This document shows, in pieces, positions 18,534 through 27,595 of a stretch of 64,000 nt of DNA; position 1 is the stretch's first letter; the number at the start of each line of letters is the position of its first letter. Origin of the DNA: an uncultured Methanosarcinales archaeon (GTDB lineage Archaea > Nanobdellota > Nanobdellia > Woesearchaeales > UBA12501); contig CAYWPA010000002.1 of assembly GCA_964459835.1 (NCBI GenBank), positions 48,711 to 112,710 of the forward strand. The letters run 5' to 3'. The translations under genes and the position numbers were made by a program. The notes under the pieces were generated by a model. The model was not told the origin of the DNA. It searched no databases and was given only the letters and a program-made list of their open reading frames with translations.

Positions 18534-18641
18534 ATGATAAGCATAAGAAGGAATGATGAAAGGGAGATGGACGAAGAGTTCAGGATTCTGCAGGAAGAAA
18601 TTCTTGAAACGATTCAGCTTTACATAAATAATAAAAGGTGA
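18534..18641 (+). CDS. small acidic ORF (35 aa)
   Basis: ATG preceded by AAGGGTGG. First of three tightly spaced small ORFs, all below the ORF-track cutoff. Confidence 0.3.
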   Translation: MISIRRNDEREMDEEFRILQEEILETIQLYINNKR

Positions 18642-18646
18642 GAAGA

Positions 18647-18745
18647 ATGGATGAATTTGATATGCTGGAAGAATTGTACAACAAAAGGGATATTTTCGAA
18701 ACATTAATGAATAGCGAGGAATTCAGAGAATTGGAGGATATGTAA
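18647..18745 (+). CDS. small acidic ORF (32 aa)
   Basis: ATG preceded by AAAGGTGAG, 5 nt after the previous stop. Confidence 0.3.
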   Translation: MDEFDMLEELYNKRDIFETLMNSEEFRELEDM

Positions 18746-18746
18746 G

Positions 18747-19112
18747 ATGGAGGAGACGGAAGGCATGGGAAAGTTACAATTTATATCTGTTGATGATATC
18801 GCAGGAAGAGATCAATTGATACTTCCTAAAGAGACTTTGGATGATGCTTTTGCCGGTATGATCCCAGAGGAACAAAAACCAACTTTAGATATTGGATCAA
18901 TCAAGTCATATGTGTTTAGCCTTTTGAATGGAAATACAATATGGCCTATTGAAGTTTATAGAAAAAATGGGAAATTTGTTGTAAGAGGAGATTATGAAAT
19001 AGTTAATGCATGTGCTTATATCGGTTGCTCACTATGGGTTGAAGTGATGCCTCCAGACGATTTAAGAATTCCACCACGAGACAGGCAAGGAAGCAAACAT
19101 CAATCACAATAA
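18747..19112 (+). CDS. hypothetical protein (121 aa)
   Basis: Starts 1 nt after the previous stop (GGAGGA upstream). No known motif. Confidence 0.4.
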   Translation: MEETEGMGKLQFISVDDIAGRDQLILPKETLDDAFAGMIPEEQKPTLDIGSIKSYVFSLLNGNTIWPIEVYRKNGKFVVRGDYEIVNACAYIGCSLWVEVMPPDDLRIPPRDRQGSKHQSQ

Positions 19113-19150
19113 CCACAACCCTTAAAAACACCTTAATTTTCCTTCTTAAA

Positions 19151-19435
19151 ATGAGGTTCAACTTAGAGCTAGATAAAGCTGTTGAGGAAATAAGGAAAGC
19201 AGATGCAAAGAAAGTCTGCATTCAGCTGCCTGACGGCTTGAAGCCTGAGGCAAAGAAAATAGCTGATGCTATAGAAGAAAAAACAAAGGCAAAAGTCATA
19301 ATATGGGCCGGGTCATGCTTTGGGGCATGTGATTTGCCATTAGAGGTTGAAAGGATGGGCGTTGATCTGCTTATCCAATGGGGCCATTCTAAGTGGAAAT
19401 ACGGGAATATCAAAGAAATCAATTACCTAGATTAA
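19151..19435 (+). pseudogene. dph2: diphthamide synthase Dph2, N-terminal fragment only (94 of ~340 aa)
   Basis: KKVCIQLPDGLKPEAKKIADAIEEK...GSCFGACDLPLEVERMGVDLLIQWGHS parallels Dph2 residues ~5-85 (VLIQSPEGL...GACD...GHS). ORF stops right after; no continuation in any frame. Confidence 0.7.
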
Positions 19436-19853
19436 AAGAAAATCTTATTAACATTAATTTATTCCACCATGACAATTTCTTAGGTGGCTGTGAAACGACT
19501 TGAGGAGATTCTCTCATAGGCTCAACTTGTGAAACTTCTTCTGCCTTTTCTTTAGGCATGCATGCTCCATCAAAGCAGCCGTTCTCACAGGCAATCCTGT
19601 TGGAAGCCTTTACTTTTCCAAAGCATCCATATTCTAATAGCTCATCGCTGCTTGCGCATTTATCAGCAAAGCTAAAGCTTTCTCCGTGCTCATCTGTTCC
19701 TGCAATAAACCCTTTTTTTTCATAAGTCATTCCGGAATCAGTATCTGTGCATGTCCTGTCAGCAAGCATATCTTTGCATACGCCATTTGAGCATTCTCCC
19801 TTGCATCTTTTTACATCCTTCCATGTTCCTGCAACACATTTTCTCAGATACAT
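19419..19853 (-). CDS. Cys-rich secreted-protein segment (downstream half of an ORF interrupted by one in-frame TGA)
   Basis: Same frame as 19917..20288. The 21 codons between them (ECKRPVDCTEEDFSCYPSYGA) are also Cys-rich. Confidence 0.4.
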   Translation of the reverse strand: MYLRKCVAGTWKDVKRCKGECSNGVCKDMLADRTCTDTDSGMTYEKKGFIAGTDEHGESFSFADKCASSDELLEYGCFGKVKASNRIACENGCFDGACMPKEKAEEVSQVEPMRESPQVVSQPPKKLSWWNKLMLIRFSFNLGN

Positions 19854-19916
19854 TGCTCCATATGAAGGGTAGCAGCTGAAATCCTCTTCTGTGCAGTCAA
19901 CAGGCCTTTTGCATTC

Positions 19917-20288
19917 TCATTCAAAACATCCATTTGCACATCTCTGTGTTGTAACCCATAATCCACCCTGGCAGTATTCCTGCACCACTCCATTGCACCT
20001 GAAGTCTCCTGCGCTGCACGGCTTTTCACAGCTTGCTGTCCCATATTTTGCTTCTGTAGGGCACTTCACTCCATCAACATAAAGATCGTTTCTCTTGCTG
20101 TCGTATCTTACATCTTGTTCAGGAATGGACTCAACATAGTTAAGCTGTCCTGTAGAATACATTGCTGATCCTCTTGTGCCTGTTGATGTATAGATATAGT
20201 TTCCTGTGATCATTGGCGGAATCAGAAAAATAAGAAGCATTGCAATTACAAAGCATAAAACAGCAATAATGGCATTTTTAGCTTCCAT
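19917..20288 (-). CDS. Cys-rich secreted/TM-anchored protein (upstream half; ends at in-frame TGA)
   Basis: N-terminal hydrophobic anchor followed by a C-x-C rich domain. Stop TGA at 19917-19919. Confidence 0.45.
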   Translation of the reverse strand: MEAKNAIIAVLCFVIAMLLIFLIPPMITGNYIYTSTGTRGSAMYSTGQLNYVESIPEQDVRYDSKRNDLYVDGVKCPTEAKYGTASCEKPCSAGDFRCNGVVQEYCQGGLWVTTQRCANGCFE

Positions 20289-20311
20289 AGCTTTTAATTG
20301 GCTTTATTAAT

Positions 20312-20490
20312 TTAAAAAGCTTTCGCAGTATTGTATTTAATGCATACAAAGTACTTTACTTTTATACCACCTAAACAAACAGGCTTAATATCAACCTCAG
20401 CACCATAGTCCAGGCCTTTTAAAAACTCATTGATAAACTCCTCTGCTTTCTTTAGACTATAAAACTCAGCAAGCCTTACTTTTTGAACCA
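20312..20490 (-). CDS. small hypothetical ORF (59 aa)
   Basis: Unannotated ORF MVQKVRLAEFYSLKKAEEFINEFLKGLDYGAEVDIKPVCLGG... lying in an otherwise empty 300-bp gap. Confidence 0.25.
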
Positions 20491-20524
20491 TGGCTAACTT
20501 TTGTTTTTGTAGTTTAAAAATTTT

Positions 20525-20562
20525 GTTATAGATTTATTATAGATTTGAAGTAATATTAATAT
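20525..20562 (+). promoter_or_regulatory. tandem 11-bp repeat (TTATAGATTTA/TTATAGATTTG) plus perfect 12-bp palindrome AATATTAATATT upstream of the wHTH gene
   Basis: Directly seen 25-60 bp upstream of the ATG at 20586. Candidate operator/TATA region. Confidence 0.4.
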
Positions 20563-20585
20563 TAGGACTATGTTAAGGTAAAAGC

Positions 20586-20858
20586 ATGGCTAAGAAAAAG
20601 AAAAGTGCTGATGTTTCTTTGCTAAGCTGGGTCAAGAGAGGGAAGCAAAGAAGGGAGATTCTTGTTCATATAGGAGACAAAGAAACACCAACTGAAATAG
20701 CAGAAAAATCAGGCTACTCTCTAAACCACACAAGCAAGGTATTAAATGATTTCAGAAGGCAGGGCCTTGTTGTCTGCCTTAATCCAAAACAAAAAACAGG
20801 AAGGCTTTACAAGCTGACGCTAAAAGCAAATGTAATAAAAGATACTTTAAAGAAATAA
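20586..20858 (+). CDS. winged-helix transcriptional regulator (90 aa)
   Basis: HTH-like segment TPTEIAEKSGYSLNHTSKVLNDFRRQGLV followed by a wing. Confidence 0.55.
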   Translation: MAKKKKSADVSLLSWVKRGKQRREILVHIGDKETPTEIAEKSGYSLNHTSKVLNDFRRQGLVVCLNPKQKTGRLYKLTLKANVIKDTLKK

Positions 20859-20865
20859 AAACCAG

Positions 20866-21537
20866 CTAGAGTATTCCTTTTTCCATCATGCTGAAATATT
20901 TTTTATCTGTAACGATAATGTGATCAAGAACTTCTATGCCCATTATTTTTCCAGCTTCAACAATCTGTTTTGTTGCTTCAATGTCCTCATCGCTAGGCTC
21001 AGGGTCATTCGAAGGATGATTATGTACAAGAATAACAGCAGCTGCATTTTCATTTATGGCAATATTAAATACTTCTCTTGGGTGTATGATATTTGAATCA
21101 AGGCTGCCGACAAAAATAATTTCTTTTTTAAGCATTCTTTTTCTTGCATCGATATATATGCCCAAAAGATGCTCCTTATTCAGGCAGGAAAGCTCATCCT
21201 GAACAATATCAACAACATCTTTTGCAGAACTTATTATCGGCAAATTTCTGCTGCTGCAATTTTTAAGCCTTCGTGCAAGCTCAAAACATGCTATGATCTG
21301 GCAGGCCTTTGCCTGCCCAATGCCTGTTTCTTTTTTTATAGCATTTACCCTTATTCTTGAAAGTTTTTTAAGGTCATATTTTTTAAGAATTTTTGAAGAA
21401 ATCTCAATAATGTTTTCTGTTTTGCTGCCAGTTCTTAGAATAATCGCAAGCAGCTCAGCATTACTTAATGCAGCTGCCCCATTTTTTTCAAGCCTTTCCC
21501 TGGGCCTATCATCTTTTGGCAAAGAAAGAATTTTCAT
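20866..21537 (-). CDS. radC: RadC-family JAMM protein
   Basis: HNHPSNDPEPSDEDIEATK (the HNHPSG...PS.D motif) and an N-terminal helix-hairpin-helix region. Confidence 0.8.
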   Translation of the reverse strand: MKILSLPKDDRPRERLEKNGAAALSNAELLAIILRTGSKTENIIEISSKILKKYDLKKLSRIRVNAIKKETGIGQAKACQIIACFELARRLKNCSSRNLPIISSAKDVVDIVQDELSCLNKEHLLGIYIDARKRMLKKEIIFVGSLDSNIIHPREVFNIAINENAAAVILVHNHPSNDPEPSDEDIEATKQIVEAGKIMGIEVLDHIIVTDKKYFSMMEKGIL

Positions 21538-21654
21538 TAAAGAATTTATCCTGCCCCTTTATTTAAATTTTGTTTTTGTGCAATAAAATTATGTAGTTTT
21601 TGATTAAACAATTTTGTTATTATTTTTTTATTTATATTATGAATAACTGTATTT

Positions 21655-22842
21655 CTAATTGAATTTCTTATAATTTTCCTCTAAAGCAGCAATAGCAGGA
21701 AGCTCTTCTCCTGAAAACATTGCCAAAGAAGCTCCTCCTCCTGTAGAAACATGTGTCATCTTTTCTTCCAGCCCTAAATCCCTTATAATATCAGCAGTAT
21801 CTCCTCCTCCTATAATCTTTACTGCATTTAGCTTTGCAATATATTCTGCTATCTGGCTGCTTCCTTCTGCAAACTTCTTTATTTCATACATTCCCAAAGG
21901 CCCGTTCCAGATTATTGTTTTTGCCTTGTCAAGCTCCTGCTGGAAGCTGAAAATAGTTCCAGGCCCGATATCCAATCCCATATCATCAGGCTTGATGTTT
22001 ATCATCGCTGTCATTTTTTCCTGTGCTTTTTCACTTGCTTCCTTGGCAACAATAATATCTTCTGGAAATACTATTTTATCCCCGCCTTTTTCAATTATTT
22101 CCTTTGCTTTTTTTATGTTTCCTTTGTCAACGATGCTTTTCCCAACCTCAAACCCCTGTGCCTTAAAAAAAGTAAAAATCATTCCTCCTCCTAGGAGTAT
22201 TTTGTCAACTTTGTCAAGCAGATGCTCAATCATGGGGATTTTTGTTTCCAGCTTTGCTCCCCCTACTATTGCAACAAAAGGATGTTTAGGGGATTCCATA
22301 GCTTCTTTTATTGTTGTAATCTCCTTGTCAAGCAAATATCCTGCGCAGCCTTCTATGAATCTTGTTATTGCATGAACTGATGCATGCTTCCTGTGGCATA
22401 CGCTGAATGCCTCATTGACATAAATATCTCCGTAGCTTGCAAGCTCCCTTGCAAAATATTCATCATTGGCTTCCTCTCTCTTATCAAACCTTAAGTTTTC
22501 AAGCATAACTATGTCTCCAAACTGCATTTTTTCAAGCTCTTCCCTTACATCAATGCCTATGATGCCTTCAATCTTCTTTACTTTCTTCCCAAGCAGCTCA
22601 GAAAGCCTTTCTGCAACATTGTCAAGCTTAATGTTCTCATCAATCCCCCCTTTGGGCCTGCCTAGATGGCTCATCAGAATTACTTTTGTTTTTTTTGAAA
22701 GAATATGTTTTATAGTAGGCAGCGTCTTCCTTATCCTGTAATCATCCTCTACTTTATTGTTGTCGTCGAGAGGAACATTAAAATCAACCCTTATTAGAAC
22801 TCGTTTTCCATCTAAATCCATATCCTCAAGCTTCCTGTACAT
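21655..22842 (-). CDS. pgk: phosphoglycerate kinase
   Basis: RVDFNVP, AHRAH-like CHRKHASV and C-terminal GGGAS/GGGDT motifs. Confidence 0.85.
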   Translation of the reverse strand: MYRKLEDMDLDGKRVLIRVDFNVPLDDNNKVEDDYRIRKTLPTIKHILSKKTKVILMSHLGRPKGGIDENIKLDNVAERLSELLGKKVKKIEGIIGIDVREELEKMQFGDIVMLENLRFDKREEANDEYFARELASYGDIYVNEAFSVCHRKHASVHAITRFIEGCAGYLLDKEITTIKEAMESPKHPFVAIVGGAKLETKIPMIEHLLDKVDKILLGGGMIFTFFKAQGFEVGKSIVDKGNIKKAKEIIEKGGDKIVFPEDIIVAKEASEKAQEKMTAMINIKPDDMGLDIGPGTIFSFQQELDKAKTIIWNGPLGMYEIKKFAEGSSQIAEYIAKLNAVKIIGGGDTADIIRDLGLEEKMTHVSTGGGASLAMFSGEELPAIAALEENYKKFN

Positions 22843-22865
22843 AAAGAAAAATGATAAACGGTTAT

Positions 22866-23870
22866 TTATATACTTTTTCCCATTATCTTTACAATATCAA
22901 TCATTCTGCACGAATACCCCCACTCATTGTCATACCATGCAAGAACTTTTATCAGATTGCCGTCAATCACATCTGTCATTGAGGCATCAAATATTGCAGA
23001 ATTCCTGTTTCCAATTATGTCTGTTGAAACAAGCTCTTCTTCTGAATACTCAAGAACACCTTTAAGATGATACTCTGCCACATTTTTGAACAAAGCATTT
23101 ATCTCTTCTATTGTGGTCTTCTTTTTAACCCTGCATACAAAATCGCTTATGCTTCCGTCAGGTGTAGGGACTCTAATTGCAATTCCATTAAGCTTTCCAT
23201 TTAATCCAGGGATTGTTTCTGTCACAGCCTTTGCAGCTCCTGTTGTTGTAGGAACTATGTTTGCAGCAGCGCTCCTTCCCCTTCTAAAATCCTTGTGCGG
23301 AGCATCTACTAAATTCTGGTCTGCTGTATAGCTGTGGACTGTTGTTAAAAATCCGTGCTCAATGCCAAAATTATCATTCAGAACTTTTACCACAGGCGCC
23401 AGGCAGTTTGTGGTGCATGATGCATTTGAAATTATCAAATCATTAGGCTTAATATCTTCCTCATTAACTCCTTTGACAATTGTTTTTACCTTGTCAGGGC
23501 CTTTGCAAGGCGCAGAAACCAAAACTTTTTTTGCTCCGGCCTTAATATGCTTTGAAGCCAGCTCTTTTGTAAGGAAAAATCCTGTGCTTTCAACAACAAT
23601 ATCTATCTTCAGTTTTTTCCATGGCAAATTTTCAGGGTCTCTTTCAGAGCAGACAATGATTTCTTTTCCGTCAACAATAAGCTTTCCTTTGTCTGCCTTG
23701 ACTTCTTTTTCATATCTTCCATGGACAGAGTCATGCTTTAATAAGTAAGCCAAAGAAGCAGTGTCTCCCAAGTCATTTACAGCGACAAACTCTATTTGAG
23801 GATCATCAACCCCAGCCTTGAAAACCATCCTTCCTATTCTTCCAAAGCCGTTTATAGCAACTCTAATCAT
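22866..23870 (-). CDS. gap: glyceraldehyde-3-phosphate dehydrogenase, class I (bacterial/eukaryotic type)
   Basis: INGFGRIGR NAD motif and catalytic ASCTTNCLAP. Class I signature rather than archaeal class II. Confidence 0.85.
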   Translation of the reverse strand: MIRVAINGFGRIGRMVFKAGVDDPQIEFVAVNDLGDTASLAYLLKHDSVHGRYEKEVKADKGKLIVDGKEIIVCSERDPENLPWKKLKIDIVVESTGFFLTKELASKHIKAGAKKVLVSAPCKGPDKVKTIVKGVNEEDIKPNDLIISNASCTTNCLAPVVKVLNDNFGIEHGFLTTVHSYTADQNLVDAPHKDFRRGRSAAANIVPTTTGAAKAVTETIPGLNGKLNGIAIRVPTPDGSISDFVCRVKKKTTIEEINALFKNVAEYHLKGVLEYSEEELVSTDIIGNRNSAIFDASMTDVIDGNLIKVLAWYDNEWGYSCRMIDIVKIMGKSI

Positions 23871-23935
23871 TTAGCACCTCTTTCTATAATAACCAGAAAT
23901 TATAATATATAAATATTTCCTTAGCTACATTTATT

Positions 23936-24214
23936 TTAGCTCTTTATTTCCTTCTGAAAAGACTTCAGAAACTTATCATTCTCTTTCTTAAGCCTCTTTA
24001 ATGCATCTGCCAATGCTTCCCTTGGGGATTTTTTTGATGTTTCAACAATGATTTTAGGTACTCCGATGAACGGATGGTTTACATTATATGTAGCTGTTTT
24101 TACACTCTCGTCATTGTAAAGCTCATTGGTAAGGGCATTGCAAAGTGTGGTGTCTTCCCCATGAAGCTCAAATACAAGCTTTGTTTTGCTTTCTTCCAGA
24201 ACCTTGACTTCCAT
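23936..24214 (-). CDS. rpoL: DNA-directed RNA polymerase subunit L (Rpo11)
   Basis: 92 aa. ELHGEDTTLCNAL matches the RpoL GEDHTLGN motif. Confidence 0.7.
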   Translation of the reverse strand: MEVKVLEESKTKLVFELHGEDTTLCNALTNELYNDESVKTATYNVNHPFIGVPKIIVETSKKSPREALADALKRLKKENDKFLKSFQKEIKS

Positions 24215-24343
24215 TTTAGCTGTTGTAGAAATGGCTGCTTTATAAAGCTTTGGGTTTGTTTAAGATATGAATTATTATACTATCTTAAAATAATAACATT
24301 TATATTAAAGGCTATTTTCACAAATTTAATCTGATGTGGTGAT

Positions 24344-25789
24344 ATGGCAACAGTAATACAAGAACCAGGAAGAACTTTTGGCGAATACAGCCTTCTTCCA
24401 AGCCTTACAACAAAAAAATGTAATATTCCTGATATTAACTTGGAAACAAGGCTTGCAGATTCTTTAACTCTTAAAATACCCATCTTAAGTGCGGCTATGA
24501 GGTCTGTTACAGGCTATGAAATGGCTTTGGCTCTTGGCAAGGAAGGAGGCATCGGCATTTTGCCGGCTGGCTTATCTATTGAAGAGCAGCAGAGCATTGT
24601 AAGAAAGATTAAAGAATATGAGATGGGTTTTGTTGAGGATCCGATAACAGTAAGAGAGACAAAAACAATAGAAGAAGTCTTAAGGGAAGTTAATACACAC
24701 GGGCATTCAAAAATACCAATTGTTGATAGAAACAATTACTTCCTTGGCTTATTTGATCACGGGCATTATCTAACTGTGAGCTCGAGCATAACAGACAATG
24801 TAACTTCTGTCATGATTACTTTTGAAAATGGTGAAATTCCTTATTGTGCTTTGCCTGATATCACAATAGAGCAGGCAAAAGAACTTCTTGCAGAGAAAAA
24901 AGCAAACTACTTGGTTGTTCTGGACAATCAAAAACGATTGGTTAAGCTGGCTTTCAAAAAAGATGTTAAAAAAATACCAGTTGGAGCTGCTATCTCTACA
25001 CATCCAGGCTGGCAGGAAAGGGTGAAGGGAAATGTTGCTGCTGGAGTGGATCTAATTGTTATTGACACTTCTGATGCTTATAGTGAATGGGTAGGGGATG
25101 TTATTAGTGAATATAAAAAAATGAAAATAGGTGTGCCATTATGTGCAGGAAATATAGTAACCTATGAAGGAGCATTATACTTGATGCAAAAAGGAGCAGA
25201 TATTGTTAAAGTAGGAATGTCTTCCGGCTCAATCTGCACAACACAAAGGGAGAAAGCAACAGGACGAGCCCCAATGACAGCTTTGATGGAAGCTGCAAAA
25301 GCAAGGGAGTATTATGAAAAAGAAAAGCAAAGATATGTTCCTTTGATTTCTGATGGTGGGATTACTGGAGCCAGAGACATGATTATTGCCTTAACACATG
25401 CAGATGCTGTTATGTTGGGCGGTTATTTAAACAGGTTTTACGAAGCTGCCGGAGAGAAATTAGACGAAGACGGAACAATAACAACTGATGAAACTAAAAT
25501 GAAAAGAGTGGTTACTTTTGGGGAAGGTTCAGCGAGAGCTCAAAACTTAGACAGATACGGACATACAAGCAAAAAAACTTTTTTCACAGAAGGCGCAGAG
25601 GGAACTGTTCTTTATGAGGGAAGGCTAAAGCCAACACTTAAGGCTGATTTGATAAGAATAAAAGCTGCGTTTGTAAATGAGGGCGGTATGGATTTGCCAG
25701 AATTTAGGGAAAAAGCAGTAATTGAGCTGAATTCACCCAACACAAGCCAGGTAGTAAGCACAACACATAGCATAGAGGAAAAAAAATAA
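24344..25789 (+). CDS. guaB: IMP dehydrogenase
   Basis: LSAAMRSVT, GGIGILP, CBS insertion and catalytic GSICTT loop. Confidence 0.8.
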   Translation: MATVIQEPGRTFGEYSLLPSLTTKKCNIPDINLETRLADSLTLKIPILSAAMRSVTGYEMALALGKEGGIGILPAGLSIEEQQSIVRKIKEYEMGFVEDPITVRETKTIEEVLREVNTHGHSKIPIVDRNNYFLGLFDHGHYLTVSSSITDNVTSVMITFENGEIPYCALPDITIEQAKELLAEKKANYLVVLDNQKRLVKLAFKKDVKKIPVGAAISTHPGWQERVKGNVAAGVDLIVIDTSDAYSEWVGDVISEYKKMKIGVPLCAGNIVTYEGALYLMQKGADIVKVGMSSGSICTTQREKATGRAPMTALMEAAKAREYYEKEKQRYVPLISDGGITGARDMIIALTHADAVMLGGYLNRFYEAAGEKLDEDGTITTDETKMKRVVTFGEGSARAQNLDRYGHTSKKTFFTEGAEGTVLYEGRLKPTLKADLIRIKAAFVNEGGMDLPEFREKAVIELNSPNTSQVVSTTHSIEEKK

Positions 25790-25798
25790 AAAAATAAA

Positions 25799-27076
25799 AT
25801 GTACATAGCAATTATAGGCGGGCAAAACGGGGATGAAGGCAAGGGAAAGATAATCCATTGGCTGGTGAAGCATGCTGCCGAGAAAGTAAAAAGAAGTTAT
25901 GACAATAAGCCAATTCTAGTGCAGCGCTGGCAGGGAGGAGCTAATGCTGGCCATACTATTGTCGAGGACAATGGAGAGATGTATAAGCTGCATCTAGTCC
26001 CAAGCGGAATCACGACACAAGAAGCATTTAACCTTATTGGGGATGGTGTTTACCTTGATCCAAGAAAATTGATGAAAGAAATCCAAGAGTTAAGGGGAAG
26101 AGGAGTGAATGTTTCCAGCCAAAATTTAGGCATAGCTTCAAAAGCGCATATCACTTTTGATTACCATACTGCTGAAGACCAAGCTGATTTTAATAAAGCA
26201 AGGCATACATCAACAGGAAGCGGAATTAAACAGACAGCTGTTGATAAATTTGGAAGAGTTGGCATTAGGTTTGTGGAATTTTTAGATGCAGAAGCATTGG
26301 CAGCTGTGCTAAGGGAAAAAAGATTTCCAAATGGGATGCCCGGCACAAATATAGATAATTTTGTAGCAAGTTATGACACTGAAAGGGAATTTCTGAAAGA
26401 ATTTATTATACTTGAGCAAGATGCCATAAAAAAATATGGAAAAGCTTATAGAATTGGAGAAGGCGCGCAAGGAACCTTATTGGATGTTGATGTAGGAATG
26501 TATCCAGGAATAACCTCTTCAAACCCTGCAAAAGCTCCTGGAAGGCCAGATTATGTCTTAGGCGTTTTCAAATTGTATGTAAGCAGCGTTGGAACAGGCG
26601 ACAGGCCATTTGTTTCCCGCATGGATAAGAATTTAGAAACAGAATTAAGAGAGCTATGGCAGGAAAGAGGCACAACAACAGGAAAAGACAGGGAACTTGG
26701 TTGGTTTGATGCTGTTGCTGCAAAGGAAGCAATAAGAAATGCAAACATTGATTATTTGGTCGGCACTTGTGGAGACAGGTTAAATGAATTAGGAAAAAGA
26801 AACGAAAAAGTCAGGATAGTTACTGCATATAAAATTAATGGAAAAGTTTATTCTGAATGGGATGTTAGCTTTGACAATAGGTTTACTCTGCAAAGAGCAG
26901 AGCCGGTGTTGGAAGAATTAGAGTCTTGGACTGAATTTAGTATTGATGGACAATTAACCAAAAATGCACAAAGGTATCTTGATAGGCTTCAAGATTTATT
27001 AAGAAGGGAATTTATCATGTTCGGCACAGGGCCTAAGCAAAATGACATGCTTGTTTATAAAGATCTTTTAGCTTAG
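25799..27076 (+). CDS. purA: adenylosuccinate synthetase
   Basis: GGQNGDEGKGKI P-loop, GANAGHT and a TTGKDRELGWFD-type motif. Confidence 0.85.
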   Translation: MYIAIIGGQNGDEGKGKIIHWLVKHAAEKVKRSYDNKPILVQRWQGGANAGHTIVEDNGEMYKLHLVPSGITTQEAFNLIGDGVYLDPRKLMKEIQELRGRGVNVSSQNLGIASKAHITFDYHTAEDQADFNKARHTSTGSGIKQTAVDKFGRVGIRFVEFLDAEALAAVLREKRFPNGMPGTNIDNFVASYDTEREFLKEFIILEQDAIKKYGKAYRIGEGAQGTLLDVDVGMYPGITSSNPAKAPGRPDYVLGVFKLYVSSVGTGDRPFVSRMDKNLETELRELWQERGTTTGKDRELGWFDAVAAKEAIRNANIDYLVGTCGDRLNELGKRNEKVRIVTAYKINGKVYSEWDVSFDNRFTLQRAEPVLEELESWTEFSIDGQLTKNAQRYLDRLQDLLRREFIMFGTGPKQNDMLVYKDLLA

Positions 27077-27595
27077 TAAGCTCCTAAGCCAGTTTATTAT
27101 TTTTTCAAAGAAACTTTCTGGCTTTTGTTGTTCTTGGATTTCAGCAGATATGTTCTCTACAGGTTCTGGCTGCGCAGTTATATTTTCTTGTTTTTCCGGC
27201 TCTGATCTATCATTAACAATCTCTTTCTCTATTTCATTTAAATTAAGGTTTTTCCCTTCATATCCATAGAAATAATACTCAACATAATCAGCACCATTCT
27301 CATCAATTATTATTGTAGTAGGGATTATCTCGCTTCCGTCTGAAAACCTGAAGCTTTCATCTTCTTTCAGGGCTTTTGAATGCTCCCCGTTAACACTAAA
27401 AACAACCTCTCTGGTCGGGTCAGAAACCACTACAATCTTTACTAAATACCCTTTATTTTCCCCTGTAAGGTAAAGCTTAGGCATGTTTTCATAAACCCTG
27501 TCTTTTTTTGTAAACTTTGCACTTGCCAAGCTTATGCAAAGCAGTCCAATGACAAAAAACAAAATTATTCTTTTGATTTTTCCATCCTCCAGCAC
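27068..27595 (-). CDS. secreted/TM-anchored hypothetical protein
   Basis: N-terminal hydrophobic segment, then an acidic C-terminal region. Confidence 0.4.
   Translation of the reverse strand: MLEDGKIKRIILFFVIGLLCISLASAKFTKKDRVYENMPKLYLTGENKGYLVKIVVVSDPTREVVFSVNGEHSKALKEDESFRFSDGSEIIPTTIIIDENGADYVEYYFYGYEGKNLNLNEIEKEIVNDRSEPEKQENITAQPEPVENISAEIQEQQKPESFFEKIINWLRSLLS

Noticed and set aside
24215-24343. Possible C/D-box sRNA upstream of guaB (CTGATG/GTGATAT)
   Set aside because: Box-like strings occur, but without the paired C/C' and D/D' arrangement or terminal stem. Most likely just the guaB promoter/5' region.
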